Under the pieces are notes generated by a model, which saw nothing but the letters and a program-made list of their open reading frames with translations, made no database searches and was not told the DNA's origin. A stretch of DNA of 64,000 nt, taken from the NCBI GenBank assembly GCA_008632985.1, contig QPGO01000068.1, positions 1 through 64,000 on the forward strand, written 5' to 3'. Positions 1-12,200 of this stretch are shown one piece after another (position 1 is the first letter of the stretch; each line of letters begins with the position of its first letter). The position numbers were made by a program, and so were the translations under genes. The DNA comes from Psammoneis japonica (Eukaryota).

Positions 1-416
1 AAGATGACTCAGAAGATGAGGATATGATACAGCGGCACAGAGAACATGTCGCCGCTTGCTACAGCGCTGACTCGGGCACTGGACATCTGCCGTCTGAAGG
101 TGCCTTTCTAAAGCAGTTTGGATCCGTTCGGCATCGGTGGAGAAACTATTGCAACAAGGCCGCGCCAATTTCGGCTTCGAATGATAGCGATTCGTCTGCT
201 GCAGTGCCTCTTACAAAAGAGGCAAGCAACGACGAGGGTGCGAGCGCTCGAGGCCCAGAATCATGGTGGAAAACAAGGACGGCTGCTGAAGGAAGCAGCG
301 AACGAGAAAGCCTGGTTGAGAAAATTAGCAACTCCTTTACAAAGAGAAACGAAAAGGAAGCATCAAGGACAACACCTGCTCTGGATATATTGGATGATGA
401 TGGTCATTTACTCTGA
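1..416 (+). CDS. 3' end of a hypothetical protein (frame open from the window start)
   Basis: Frame 3 is open from base 3 to the TGA at 414-416; acidic/Ser-rich; followed by AT-rich UTR-like sequence; no recognisable domain. Confidence 0.4.
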   Translation, partial: DDSEDEDMIQRHREHVAACYSADSGTGHLPSEGAFLKQFGSVRHRWRNYCNKAAPISASNDSDSSAAVPLTKEASNDEGASARGPESWWKTRTAAEGSSERESLVEKISNSFTKRNEKEASRTTPALDILDDDGHLL

Positions 417-550
417 CCAGCTAATCGTTTTTCGTTGGTTCCATACATATTTTTTCATTTGCACAAATACATTTTTCACTTACAACAACTTTAGTCTCTA
501 CATTGTATTCCTCGTCTTGTCATCAATATCATATCTCAAACATGGGGCTT

Positions 551-1710
551 TTATGCCGCCTCGGGCTCATCAAGACCCATGGCCTTGAGCATGGTGGAAC
601 CCAGTTGTGCGGGCGATCTCGTAACGTGAACACCCGCATCCTCGAGAGCCTCCATCTTGGCAGCCGCCGTTCCTTTTCCTCCGGCAATAATGGCTCCAGC
701 GTGACCTGCATTCGATATAACAAAAAGTTGCGTAAGAATACAGTGCGATAATCATACAGGTAGTCAAGTGCATATCGCCTCCACAAAATACTCACCCATA
801 CGACGTCCAGGAGGAGCCGTTGTTCCAGCGATAAAGCTCACAACCGGTTTGTTGGGGTCACCGTACTCCTTGAGCCAAGCAGCAGCTTCTTCTTCCGCAC
901 TTCCTCCAATTTCACCAATCATAATGATTCCCTCCGTCTCCGGATCATTCGTGAAACGCTCCAAGCAATCAATAAAATTGGTTCCGTTGAATGGATCACC
1001 TCCAATTCCCACACAGGTACTCTGTCCCAAACCCGCCACGGTGGTTTGATGAACCGCCTCATACGTGAGCGTACCCGAACGCGAAACGACTCCAATTTTT
1101 CCCGGCTTGTGGATATAACCGGGCATGATTCCAATTTTGCATTCTCCCGGTTTGATAATACCGGGACAATTGGGCCCAATCAAACGAGTCACTGACTGAG
1201 AACGCAGCATGTGCTTGACTCGAGCCATGTCTTGCTGTGGTACACCCTCGGTAATGGCAACCACAAGAGGAATCTCGGCTTCAATGGCGTCCATAATGGC
1301 CTGAGCGCAAAACGGAGGAGGCACGTAAATGACGGAAGCATCCGGCTGAACTCCGTCGACGGCTTCTTGGACCGTGTTGAATACCGGCAAGCCCAAGTGA
1401 TGCTGACCGCCCTTTTTCGGAGTCACACCTCCAACCATCTTTGTGCCATATTCAATTGCTTGTTCGCTATGGAATGTGCCCTAAAACATAATATTCAATT
1501 CATCATGAAAAGAAGAAGCGTAGGTAAGCTCAACGAGAACACAGCACTTGCTAAGAATTGTTTACAGATTTATAAGCTCACCTGCTTTCCCGTAAAACCT
1601 TGACATATCACACGAGTGTCCTTATCTACCCATACTTTGGCATTAGCAGACATGAAACGCACATGACGACGACTGGTTGCCTTGCAAAGGCTGTTCAAGA
1701 GGACTCTCAT
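551..1710 (-). CDS. SUCLG1: Succinyl-CoA ligase alpha subunit, mitochondrial; exons 1710-1582, 1480-796, 705-551
   Basis: Motifs [40 protein letters not shown] and RRMGHAGAII (phospho-His); GT-AG introns 1581-1481 and 795-706 join the frames; N-terminus resembles a transit peptide. Confidence 0.97.
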
Positions 1711-2197
1711 GGTGCTTTTCTTGATGTCTCTTCTTTTGTGTGTCGCTGTTCCAGGCAAAAACGAAAAATGCCGGCGGCGGATATCCAACCGTAATGCTAC
1801 GTAGAAATATACGTGGAAAAGATCTGAAGCGCGGCATCGCGTCGCCAGAAGGTTCGCGAAGGAGAAGTCCAACCATTCTTCTGACATAAGATTCCTAATT
1901 CCTTTCTACTACATAATATGTAATTTCGAAAAAGCCAATGATAATATTCAAACTTGATTACACATATGATCTTAGTACCATTACTTCTGCGATACTAAAG
2001 TTAATGTTTGTATTCGCCTTCGAAAGCTTTTTATTAAAAATGATTTTTAAAATCAATTTATATTGTATAATGATAGTCATCTTGTGAAGCACGTGCGCCA
2101 CTCGTGTTCTCGCCACCAACGATCACTTCATTCTTGTGACACGACTTTTTGGTCAGCAAGTCACACATCCATCACATAATATCACATCCATCTGACG

Positions 2198-2656
2198 ATG
2201 AATCTCCATGACGACAGCAAAACCCAACCAGAATTTGCACAACTCGAGTCGGGAACATACAATCAGTATGGATATGACGGATGGGTGCAAGGTGAACTAA
2301 ACACATCCTTATCGAGCTTTGAGGATGACGACGAAACAACCGCCGACATTTGTTCTAATAAAACGACTCGTGTAGAGGAGCAAAAAGAAGAGCATAACGA
2401 TGATAACCATAATCATGAACATGCCCAGCAGCATATTTTCAAACTCGTGGAGAGTTTCAAGCAACACGTGACCATTTCCTTGCAAGCACAACAACAAGAA
2501 TCCAAGGAACAAGACGAAGAAGAATCCAAGGAACAATACGAGAATTATCTGGACGACAAAAAAAGATACATGGAACGTTTGTTTCGAAGAAAGAACGCCG
2601 GAAGGCTAGATCAGAGGGTATCTTGGGCGGACCAGCCTCAACAAGCTTCGATATAG
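2198..2656 (+). CDS. Hypothetical protein (152 aa, acidic)
   Basis: ATG-initiated ORF with biased composition; no domain recognised. Confidence 0.45.
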   Translation: MNLHDDSKTQPEFAQLESGTYNQYGYDGWVQGELNTSLSSFEDDDETTADICSNKTTRVEEQKEEHNDDNHNHEHAQQHIFKLVESFKQHVTISLQAQQQESKEQDEEESKEQYENYLDDKKRYMERLFRRKNAGRLDQRVSWADQPQQASI

Positions 2657-3438
2657 AAAACATAGCAAATGTCCGCACGACGAGGTATACTACATTTTTG
2701 ATTTTTCAAGGTGGGAAGCTGGATTCCTCCACTCTTCATCAAGAGAAAAATTACAAGAGTGGAGATTTTTGTCCTTTATGGAGCAACGAAGTGCTTCCCT
2801 GCATATTTATGGTTGGGTGCTGCATGTTTACATGATACATATTTCACAAGAACATTTTATACCAAAAGAGAGAGTTTCAAAGTCCTAGAGAAACTACCCC
2901 GTGCTTTCCTCTCTTGGCTATTCACATGTAGAAACAATAACTGCTGTGTAACAGCTCTCCTGCACCGACGAAAGAGACGAGGTACTTATTTCAGGGAGTA
3001 ACTACGAATCGTTCTGATTCGTTGTAACGCGAGAAAAAGGGCCAGGCCGCAGAGCTTCTATTCACTCATGCTGTGTACGTCAACGCAGTCTCCTCGGGAA
3101 CTCTAGAATTCTTTCAATGGCAATGTGCAAAAGAGCGGGAAAGAAACTGATGCTCAGCAGTCAATCGCCATTTGCGTTTATCTTTATATTATATTTATTA
3201 GGGCGAAGAGGAGAAGGTCACACGCCGGAATGTGATCAGTTGCAACGCGAACCCCATCTATCTGTGGACCGGACAGACCGTCGTGTCAATCGTGACGCCC
3301 GGAGTCATGAAGTTGTTCAACCCGAACCCTCCCAGCCGAACTCACATTTTGATGGGTATCGCGACGTAGGGTACCGTATCGTGAAATCGCGTCAATCACA
3401 CAAAAACCGAAAGAAGAAAGAAGCAATTTGCTATCAAC

Positions 3439-6330
3439 ATGAGCGCCTCCGAGCAAGCTCCGAATCCTGATATTGAAAAGGCAGGAAGCAAGGATGATCC
3501 GAGCAGTCTTATTCATACCGTCACCGAGTTGGAAGGTGAAACCATCGAGGAACAAGTGGAAAAGCTGATTGAATCACATGGAGTTCTCATTTTCTCCAAG
3601 ACCTTCTGCCCCTTCTGCATTGACGTCAAGGAGTTCCTTACGTCTCGGATGGGAGTCCCCGTATACTCGCTCGAAGTCAACGAGCATCCGGATGGCAACG
3701 CGATCCACAAGTACATCAAGACCACTACTAACCACAGTACAGTGCCTGCGGTCTACATCAAGGGATCCTTTGTGGGCGGCTGTGACGATGTCAAGGCGTT
3801 ACATGCCAAGCATGATTTGGACGAAATGATTGGTGATCTTGTCGTCAAGCAACGTGTCACGGGCGCACATCGCTTAGAATCGGCACGGTTTGTGCCAAAC
3901 GATCGAGGTGAAGCACGGAATCCGCCGTTCTGGTTCCCCAACACGGTCGACAATCATGTTGTTCGTATCGTTGGGGTGGAGATGACCGCGTTGAGTATTC
4001 TCAGCATTATCTTCCGGAACGAGCTATGGGGAAAGTATCTGTCTGTTGGCATGTTGGTGAGTTTTTGCCTCCAAACCCTGGTTGGATCATCCTTGTCACC
4101 CACAGGAGTGATTGCCCTTGCACTAGCCGCGCCCTTTGAGCCTCAGTTCAAACCCGGTCCGGCTAAGCAGTTTGCAGCATCGATCGGAGTCATGTTCACT
4201 TTGATTTCGACGTGCTGCTACTTCACTGACAACACCACAGCAGGGGCTGTAGTCCTCGGTATGTTGGCGTGTGCTGCTGCTCTTGAAGGTTTTGGTGGCT
4301 TCTGTATTGCTTGCGAATTCTTTATGCTTGGAATTCAGCATGGATTTGTTTCCAAGAATGTCTACCGCATCTACACGTCCACTCTTCAAGAGCTCCAAGA
4401 CACGTGGCGATACATGTACAAAAACTCGCATGCACCGAGGCCACAACGAGTCGACACAGATCCCTCAAACAAGATCGCCCTTAAGTACAAGAAGAAAACT
4501 GATGAATGGACCAAGGATGATTTTAATTTGATTCGAAACATGAAGCCCTGCTACTTTGCAATTCCTCTATCGATTTCTGGACTGGCGACAGCCTTCAAGA
4601 TTGCCTCTGATTGGGGTGACATATTTCGTCGCAACCAAGATGAAACCACTATTATTGCACAGTCCGCGTGGTACTACACCTTTTCATGGATTGCTGCGGT
4701 ACTCTACTTTTTGCTCATGGTTCTTTTTATTGTACGACTTGTGTTGTACCCAAAAAAAGTTCGAAAGGAATGGGAGTGCCCGAAGCGATCTCCGAGCTTT
4801 GGTGCCATTACAATTACACTCATGATATTTGCCTTTCTTGTCTACGACGAGTTCAACACGGAGAAGACTGAAGAGTTTGCTCGTGTCCTATTTTGGATGG
4901 GCTCAGTGACGCACACTCTTCTTACCATTGCCAAGTTTGCGGAATGGGTGGGAGTTCGGCTAGAGTTAGAACATGTATACCCGCAATGGATCATCATGCC
5001 CGTTGGCCTAGCCGTTGCTTCTATGGTGGGTTCCATCGTTCCAATGTTTAAGGTGTCTGAGAGCAATGAAGATTTACATCAAGAAGCAAATGCTCTGATG
5101 GGGCGGTTCTTCTTGTCATTTGCTTATCTCATGTGGATTGTCCTATTCACAATCACGTTCTTCAAAGTCGTTACCGGACACAACAGCGACCCTCGCGTCC
5201 GCCACGGAGTATCAGTATGGCTTGCTGCTCCATGTGTCATTGGTTTGTCAGAATTCGCCGTCTGTGCGAACGAAGCTGCACTTGGAATTGGGGACTACGC
5301 GATTTGCGAGAAAAACTTTTCGTCGTACTACTTCATTGGAATGTTTTTCATCATTTGCTTTCTCTGGATGTCTTTCCCCTACATTGGATTTGTAGGGCGG
5401 GACAAGTTCAACAAGGGTTATTGGATGGATTGCTTTTGCATCGACACGCTAGCCGCTTGCTCTGCTCTGTTTTACGTCTTGAATAATTACAGGGCCAGCC
5501 GAACACTCATGGTCATGGGGCTGTCGATAGCTGGTATTGCTAACATGGTGGCATTCCTTCACACTGTGGTAGCTCTCATTCATCGACGTACTTTCTTTAC
5601 TCCCATGGCCAAGTGGGGTCCTTTGAGTTTCATGAAATTGACTCACGAGGCATTCCGAGGTGCCATCGTCAAACTAGAACGCACTCTTCAAGGAATTGAC
5701 CTCAGTAAGCCTTCCGGCCAGCAACAGCTGGAGATGTTTTCTGCTTTGTACAATCAATTTGTTGTTGTGCACGTCGAGCATGCCCACCACGAAGATAAGG
5801 TCATTTTCAAGGAATTCAATGATTGGTTCCCTGATCATGGAACGGTCTACACAGAAGATCATGAAAGCGACAAAAGCCAAATGGAGAAGCTGCGCGTGGC
5901 CACGAATATGCTGCTAGATCTGGAAAAGAGCAAGCCAGAGCGTGAAACGGTCCTCCAAGATCTCAAAGAAGAGTTTTCTTCATTCTTTACTCAGTTTCTG
6001 GCTCATATTCGAGGTGAGGAGGATGACCTTCAACCCATCGGACGAAAATATCTTCCTCTGGAGCTTCAAAAGCAGCTGGCTCGAGAGAGCTTCAAGGTCA
6101 CTCCGGCCGATCGGTGGGAGATTGTGATCCCTTACGTTGTTAACAATCTCCCTCGCCATTTACAGCGCGTCAGGTACCTCAAGTCTCTTTGCTGGAGCAT
6201 GCCGGAACGCAGTCAACAGATCGGTGCTATTGTCTATCGTAATGTTGATGCAGTCATGTGGGAGCGCTTACGCATTGAAATCCCTGAAATCATTCCCCGC
6301 GGAGAGTGCAACTGGCGTCGTTACTACTAG
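3439..6330 (+). CDS. Multidomain membrane protein: glutaredoxin (CPFC) + DUF4395 + SLAC1/TehA (TDT family) anion channel + hemerythrin-like domain
   Basis: Intronless 963-aa ORF. Grx: IFSKTFCPFC...TVPAVYIKGSFVGGCDD. DUF4395-like: FPNTVDNHVVR...PAKQFA...LEGFGGFCIAC. TDT-like: YFAIPLSISGLA...EWECPKRSPSFGAITI...PQWIIMPVG. Hemerythrin-like: HEAFR...HAHHED...DHE...HIRGEE. Confidence 0.85.
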   Translation: MSASEQAPNPDIEKAGSKDDPSSLIHTVTELEGETIEEQVEKLIESHGVLIFSKTFCPFCIDVKEFLTSRMGVPVYSLEVNEHPDGNAIHKYIKTTTNHSTVPAVYIKGSFVGGCDDVKALHAKHDLDEMIGDLVVKQRVTGAHRLESARFVPNDRGEARNPPFWFPNTVDNHVVRIVGVEMTALSILSIIFRNELWGKYLSVGMLVSFCLQTLVGSSLSPTGVIALALAAPFEPQFKPGPAKQFAASIGVMFTLISTCCYFTDNTTAGAVVLGMLACAAALEGFGGFCIACEFFMLGIQHGFVSKNVYRIYTSTLQELQDTWRYMYKNSHAPRPQRVDTDPSNKIALKYKKKTDEWTKDDFNLIRNMKPCYFAIPLSISGLATAFKIASDWGDIFRRNQDETTIIAQSAWYYTFSWIAAVLYFLLMVLFIVRLVLYPKKVRKEWECPKRSPSFGAITITLMIFAFLVYDEFNTEKTEEFARVLFWMGSVTHTLLTIAKFAEWVGVRLELEHVYPQWIIMPVGLAVASMVGSIVPMFKVSESNEDLHQEANALMGRFFLSFAYLMWIVLFTITFFKVVTGHNSDPRVRHGVSVWLAAPCVIGLSEFAVCANEAALGIGDYAICEKNFSSYYFIGMFFIICFLWMSFPYIGFVGRDKFNKGYWMDCFCIDTLAACSALFYVLNNYRASRTLMVMGLSIAGIANMVAFLHTVVALIHRRTFFTPMAKWGPLSFMKLTHEAFRGAIVKLERTLQGIDLSKPSGQQQLEMFSALYNQFVVVHVEHAHHEDKVIFKEFNDWFPDHGTVYTEDHESDKSQMEKLRVATNMLLDLEKSKPERETVLQDLKEEFSSFFTQFLAHIRGEEDDLQPIGRKYLPLELQKQLARESFKVTPADRWEIVIPYVVNNLPRHLQRVRYLKSLCWSMPERSQQIGAIVYRNVDAVMWERLRIEIPEIIPRGECNWRRYY

Positions 6331-6733
6331 AACTACGATTACGCTGGGCCACAGCTGTCAAACCCACCGAAGTATTCGATATATCCAAATGCATAACGTA
6401 TCAGATTCCATCAATAAGATGTACTTATCGCTTGAGAATTCGAACTTTTTTCTAGTTCTACTGTAGTCCGAATACAACATAGTTGTAAGTGACATAGATT
6501 CTGCTCTATTAGAGAGGAGAGAACAGTAGAGAGTAGAATAGTCCGTGCCATGGAGTCCGAGTCGTGTGTCGTGTGCGGCCAGAGAGGCGTCAGTCCCGGA
6601 TCACAAATTTTTCCGGGACCTAAAGTCACCCCTCCTGCCATTGTTCTACAATTGCGAAGGTCCCTGGAAGCTCAGAGGAGCCATAACAGTCACAAACCCT
6701 TCTTCTTTCGCTCTATGAAGCCGAGCAACACTG

Positions 6734-7480
6734 ATGATGTATCAGTTGTTCCGAAAAACGGATAGCATGAGCGCTTGTTATACACAGAGGTGCGGCAGCA
6801 TTGACAGCCCCACTTGTTTCTCCGAACAAGAACACGATGGTCTCGAGGACAAGACGCACCACAATGGTGATGGGATATCTGTGAGCAGCGGCGATAGTTT
6901 GTCTATCATAGAATCAGAGAAACCTAGATATGAAGATTCAGAATCCTATATCTCGATTATGAGTTACTCGCAGGTGGATCTGCGTGAAAGCGTCGGGACT
7001 GTTACGTCTGCCGTGGGCAGCAACAAGACCACAGAGGAAGATATCAACGAGGAAGATGACAGCGAGTCAGAGCAGCAAACTATGAGTTCTTCTTCTGATA
7101 GTGAAACTAGTATTGGATCCAGAAAGATCAACGAAGAGCTTGACACAGAAAAGGAAGTGCATGACAGAATTGGCAAATTCGTGGAATTCGATCCTAGAAC
7201 TTCCATGTCGGCGTTTTCACCGCGCACATGGTCAACAAGAAGTACTACAAGCTTTTCATCCGCTTCTTTGAGCGAAAGGCAAGATGAAATAGAAACTCTT
7301 CAAGAACAAGTTAAAGCTCGACTTCTTCACTTAGCGGAGGATGTTGGTGAGCATTCGCGTCACTTACGCAAGGAGCTACAAAGTCTCAGAACTAGCCTCT
7401 CACCCAACAGTCGAAATCCCGAGCCACCACTCACAGAGCCCCGTCCTTTGGAAAAGCGAAAGACTTGGGCAGAATTTTGA
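6734..7480 (+). CDS. Hypothetical protein (Ser/Glu-rich, C-terminal coiled coil)
   Basis: 248-aa ORF; low complexity with a heptad-like segment QDEIETLQEQVKARL. Confidence 0.55.
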   Translation: MMYQLFRKTDSMSACYTQRCGSIDSPTCFSEQEHDGLEDKTHHNGDGISVSSGDSLSIIESEKPRYEDSESYISIMSYSQVDLRESVGTVTSAVGSNKTTEEDINEEDDSESEQQTMSSSSDSETSIGSRKINEELDTEKEVHDRIGKFVEFDPRTSMSAFSPRTWSTRSTTSFSSASLSERQDEIETLQEQVKARLLHLAEDVGEHSRHLRKELQSLRTSLSPNSRNPEPPLTEPRPLEKRKTWAEF

Positions 7481-8827
7481 AATGTACTTCGTTATAGAAA
7501 TGAGCTCTCACTGTGTTGCTCCAGTTTCGTCATAGAGACACCCTGGTCCTGAAAGCCAAACAAACTAAGATTCACTCTTTCTACGTTTCGATGACAATGT
7601 ATCAACGACCCAATTGGTGGAAGAAGCTCCAGCAAACAGCTTGGAAAGCTTTTCTGCAGTTGCAGGGTCAGCGAAAGCTCCTCCGCCGCGCACGACAACG
7701 CGATTCCCTTGGAAGCGGCAACATGACGGGAGTCGTCTTACAGAGAGGGTGGCGAGCGGGATGATTGTGTTGATCTCTATGTCGGTGGTACTTTACACCG
7801 GATTTCGCAGGTGTAGCGTTCTGCGTTGTCATCATCATCACCTCTAGAAGTATTATCTGCACTCTCGTGTTACGCGTACCGTAACTCCCGCCAACACTGA
7901 AACATGACCACGACTAACCACGACCCACGACCCACGACTCACAGTTAGTGGAGGACGTTGCGAGCCAGTTCGGCGCTTCGGTGAGCGTTGAGCGTTGGAC
8001 GTGACTAAGATGCGTGGACAAACGCAGGAGAGTGTTGCATGAGCGCAAGATCAAGTATCTTAATGAGCGTTAATATAGTTGCCAGAGAACACGTAGAAAA
8101 TTCAACGAGTTGGGTTCAGTGTTAGTGTCGAAAGGCGATGAAACGATGAGCCCCACGACTAGAATGATGCTGATATGGACGGTGGTGTTTAGCATGTTCT
8201 CTGCCATTTTCCAATGTTTCTTCCTCAACTACACTCTCTTCGACAGCAAGATCAAGTCGATTCAAGATACTGTTATCCGTCCGCATGGCATACGAGAAGA
8301 TGATTCAACTATACATATTCAATGCCGGACAACGGACGAAACAAGAGCTTTGCCAATGATACCTTCCTTCATAATAATTGGCGTTCACAAGGGCGGCACC
8401 ACAGCTCTCTATCATATACTCAGGGACCATCCGAGCTTGATTTCATCTGATAAAGCTGAGACTCACTTCTTTGATTCGATTGACTTTATCAATACCGATG
8501 GTCTTGCTCAGAACAAAAAGGTTCTGTGCAAGCTGCGAGAGATGTATGCAAGCCTTTTTCCGCAACATCGACTGCTCGAGCAAGGGGATGCAACGCAACC
8601 ACTCGTAACTTTCGAGAAAACACCAGTCTACCTATTGCTACCGCATTTACCTCAATTGGTTTGGTTGGTTTGTCCCTGGACTCGACTGGTTGTTAGCTTG
8701 CGTGATCCAGTCTCACGTTTTTACTCTGGGTACACGGGAAGCGAGGTAATCGAAAGCACAATAGAAGCAAATGTAAAAGATTTGCGCGAAATGGGGTTGA
8801 CGACCGCACCACTATTCAGTGATTATA

Positions 8828-9164
8828 TGTCGCGGAACATGACTCAAGCGGGACTCAAGTGATTGGGTCCCGGTCACGAGTGAAGGGTCGTGCCACCGAT
8901 GACCACAGAAATCGGAGCCGACCACGAATGCCGCAATCGATCTTGAGGAACAAGATCGATGAATCGAATGGCCGAGGAGCGGCGATTTGACAAGATCGAT
9001 TTGGTAAGATTGATTTGGTAAGATTGGTTTGACAAGATTGAAGTCCAGAAGAAGTAGAAAAGCAGATCATAATTTAGCGAGAGTGAGAAAAGTGAAGACT
9101 ATTAACTTTAGTTTTGTGTGCTACTGACAAGGTGTTAGTAGTATCAGCATCTGGTTGTCCAACA
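8828..9164 (+). repeat. 5' LTR
   Basis: TGTCGCGG...TCCAACA; identical to 14334-14670 except at 9143 and 9146. Confidence 0.97.
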
Positions 9165-9223
9165 CGATATATATCGACAGTTTGTGGCAACACTACATTC
9201 GAGAGTAGTAAGTGAGAGAAGCG

Positions 9224-12200
9224 ATGAGCAAGGAAGAACAGACCTACGAGACTTCTTTGTCGTGGAGCGGCAAGAGAGAAGACTTCGAGAATTTTTTGGT
9301 GAAATTCGAGGCATTCGAGAGCGACCACGGTTGTGACGAAGCAACCGATGTGGATCTAGGAGATAAGCTTCTCACCAAGGCGGAATACGTGAATGGAAAG
9401 AAGAAAGTAATGCAAGCTAATGGTACAGAGACCGAAGAAGACCTCACAAAGGAGGATAAGAGGTTGTACAAGCTGAACGCGAAATCACTTTCGAAGATCA
9501 TCCGTGCGTTGCCTGAAAACTTGATCAAGGCCTGCAAGAACCAAGGTGGACCCAAGAAGTCCGTTTATTTGATCAAGGAGTACCTCAAGAAACACTACTC
9601 GGAGCAGAATGTGGTAGATGATTACCAAAACCTCTACAAGAAGAGGTTGGAGCTAGAACCTGGAGAGTTCGAGATAGCACTGTTCTATTTCAACGAGTTG
9701 GAGGATATTAACTCCAAGTTGGGAAAGATTGATGAAAAGTATCGCTTAGATGAGCTTCAGTTGAAGACTGATATCTATTCAAAAGTCCCGGATCAAGGTA
9801 ACTGGTCCTCTTTCAAGTCCGAGTATCGCAAGGACGGCGCGATGGAGAACATTGCCTACAGTGCGTTCAAGCAGCACTATGAACGGGAGTGGAAAGCTCA
9901 TGGTCCACCAGGAGGATCTACTACATCTATAGATCGATCTTCTGGAGAGGATAAGACCCTAACTATGAAGGTACAGGGTAGCAAGTTTTTCCCGGGTAAT
10001 TGTGGGAAGTGTGGCAAGAAAGGTCACAAGTCAAAATTTTGTCCTGACAAGAAGAACGCCAAGACGAAGAAATTCGATGGCGATTGCTTTTATTGCGGCA
10101 AGCATGGACATAGAGCGAGCGACTGCTTCAAGAAGAAGAAGGATGAAAAGGAGAAAGACGAAGAAACGAACGAGGTTACACTCGGAGTGTTCGATTCCGT
10201 CGACTTGGTTGAGGAGGGTAAGGACCCTATTCCAGACTCCTTCTTCGATACCTTCGATACTAAGCCTGCAGTTCGAGACGATGAGTTCGAGAGAGAGCTT
10301 AAGAGGTGGGATACTCGGTCTGGACTGGGTTACGGCTACGATAGTAGCGGCGAACGCGCGCTGTCATGGTACGAATGGAGCGAGATGGCGGACGATGAGG
10401 ACGAAGAAGACGATGACGGCATGAGTATGCCGGAGCTAGAAGGTCCTTTTGTTTCTGATAAGGTCGAGGATGAAAGTATCCCGCCCTTGGAACCGCGGTA
10501 TGATTCCGACAGCGATTCGGATGATGACGAGTCATTAGAGCTGATCGGCTCTCAACGCAAGTGCACCAACTGTGACGGGCCTGGACATGTCTATCGAGGC
10601 TATCGCACAACGAAGAAAGTTCAAGACGAGGACAAGGGAGACGAGGAAGACAGTATCCCGCCCTTAGTATCTCGTGGCGGTTATGATAGCGACTCGAGCG
10701 ACGACGAGTCGGTTGAATTCGAGGTTGTTTGCTCGTATTGCGGACAGCCTGGACACGAATTCTGCACTCCTTTCCAAGAGTTTTGGAATAACCCGGATGA
10801 AGAGAGCGATGATGACAGTATTCCGACTCTAGAGAGTGGTATGGACTCGGATAGTGATTCAGAGTCTGAGTTTGATTACGATTCGGACGACGACTATGAC
10901 GAAATACTGATGTCCGGTGCGCAGTATGAACCAGAACGTGGTGGTGTAAGGCTACTATTGGACTCTGGCTCGACAGCACATACAAAGAGGTCTGCTGAAG
11001 GGATGCGGAACCTCAGGGAAGTGAACAAAGTCATGAAGGACGCACACGACGGGAGTTCGGTAGCGAAGCTCCAAGGAGATTTTCCATTTACGCGTCAGAA
11101 TGGGGACGGTACAGTAGTTATTACTGAGATGTACGTCCAGCCAAATTTTTCACATAACATTGTGAGTCTGACGAAGCTATTTGAGAAAAATTGCAAGCTG
11201 AGTCCGACGACTGATCCCAAACGAGCCATTGTTCTCGAGTGCCCTGATGGCACGGAATTAATTTTCGAAAAATCAGCGAAAGATGGGCTGTTTTATATGG
11301 AAGTTGACTCGCTGACGGATGTGTCCGAAATGACCGCAGACGTTTCCGATGGACAGAAATCTGGACAAAAAGAGTCGGACAAGAAAGTCCATGTTAACCG
11401 CGCACACATTTTGCTGAACCACATGGGAGAACGCGCGATGAAAATGGCGGCAGCAGATCTCGGTTGGAAATTGACCGGTATACCCAAGACCTGCGAGTTC
11501 TGTGTCAAGGCAAAGGCTACAGCAAAGCCAACCGTGAAGGCTAGCGATAAGAAAGCGACCAAGCCTGGTCAGCGGCTCTACCTAGACACGTCAGGACCAT
11601 ACAAAGCGACGCGCGGCAAGAATCGATATCATGTGATGATAGTCGATCAACTTACAGATCGACTTTGGTCGATGTTCCAAGCAAAGAAAAATGGTTTTAC
11701 GGACGATATCAAAGCTTTATTGACTAAGCTGAAGGGTCAGGGGTACCCAGTCGAGTTCTTACGGATCGACAACGCTCCGGAATGGGGTGCACTCAAGCCA
11801 ATTTGTGATGAGCATGGGATCACGATCGAGTATACCTCCCCTAATACTCCGCAGTTCAACGCGGCAGTCGAGAGAGCGTTCCCAACAGTGCGTAATATGG
11901 CATACGCGGTACTGAAAGCATCCGATTTCGACGACGCAGAGCAAAGTCGGCAATGGGCGAATGCGCTGCAGGACTGCACTATCGTTCGTAACTTGGTCCC
12001 ACGTGGGGACTGGAGCAATGCTTATGAACCATTTGGAGAAAAGCCACCCGTAAAAGCCGAAGACCTGGTAGAGTTTGGCGCAAAGGGGTGGATGGCCAAG
12101 AGAAACAAGATCAAGGCCAAGTTTCAAGATCGTGCCGAGGAGGTTCGTCGCGTAGGATACGCTGAGAATCACTCGAGCGATACGTATATTGTTCAAAAGT

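Noticed and set aside
7905..7940. Short CCACGAC repeats upstream of the sulfotransferase
   Set aside because: Only a few imperfect copies; no support for a function
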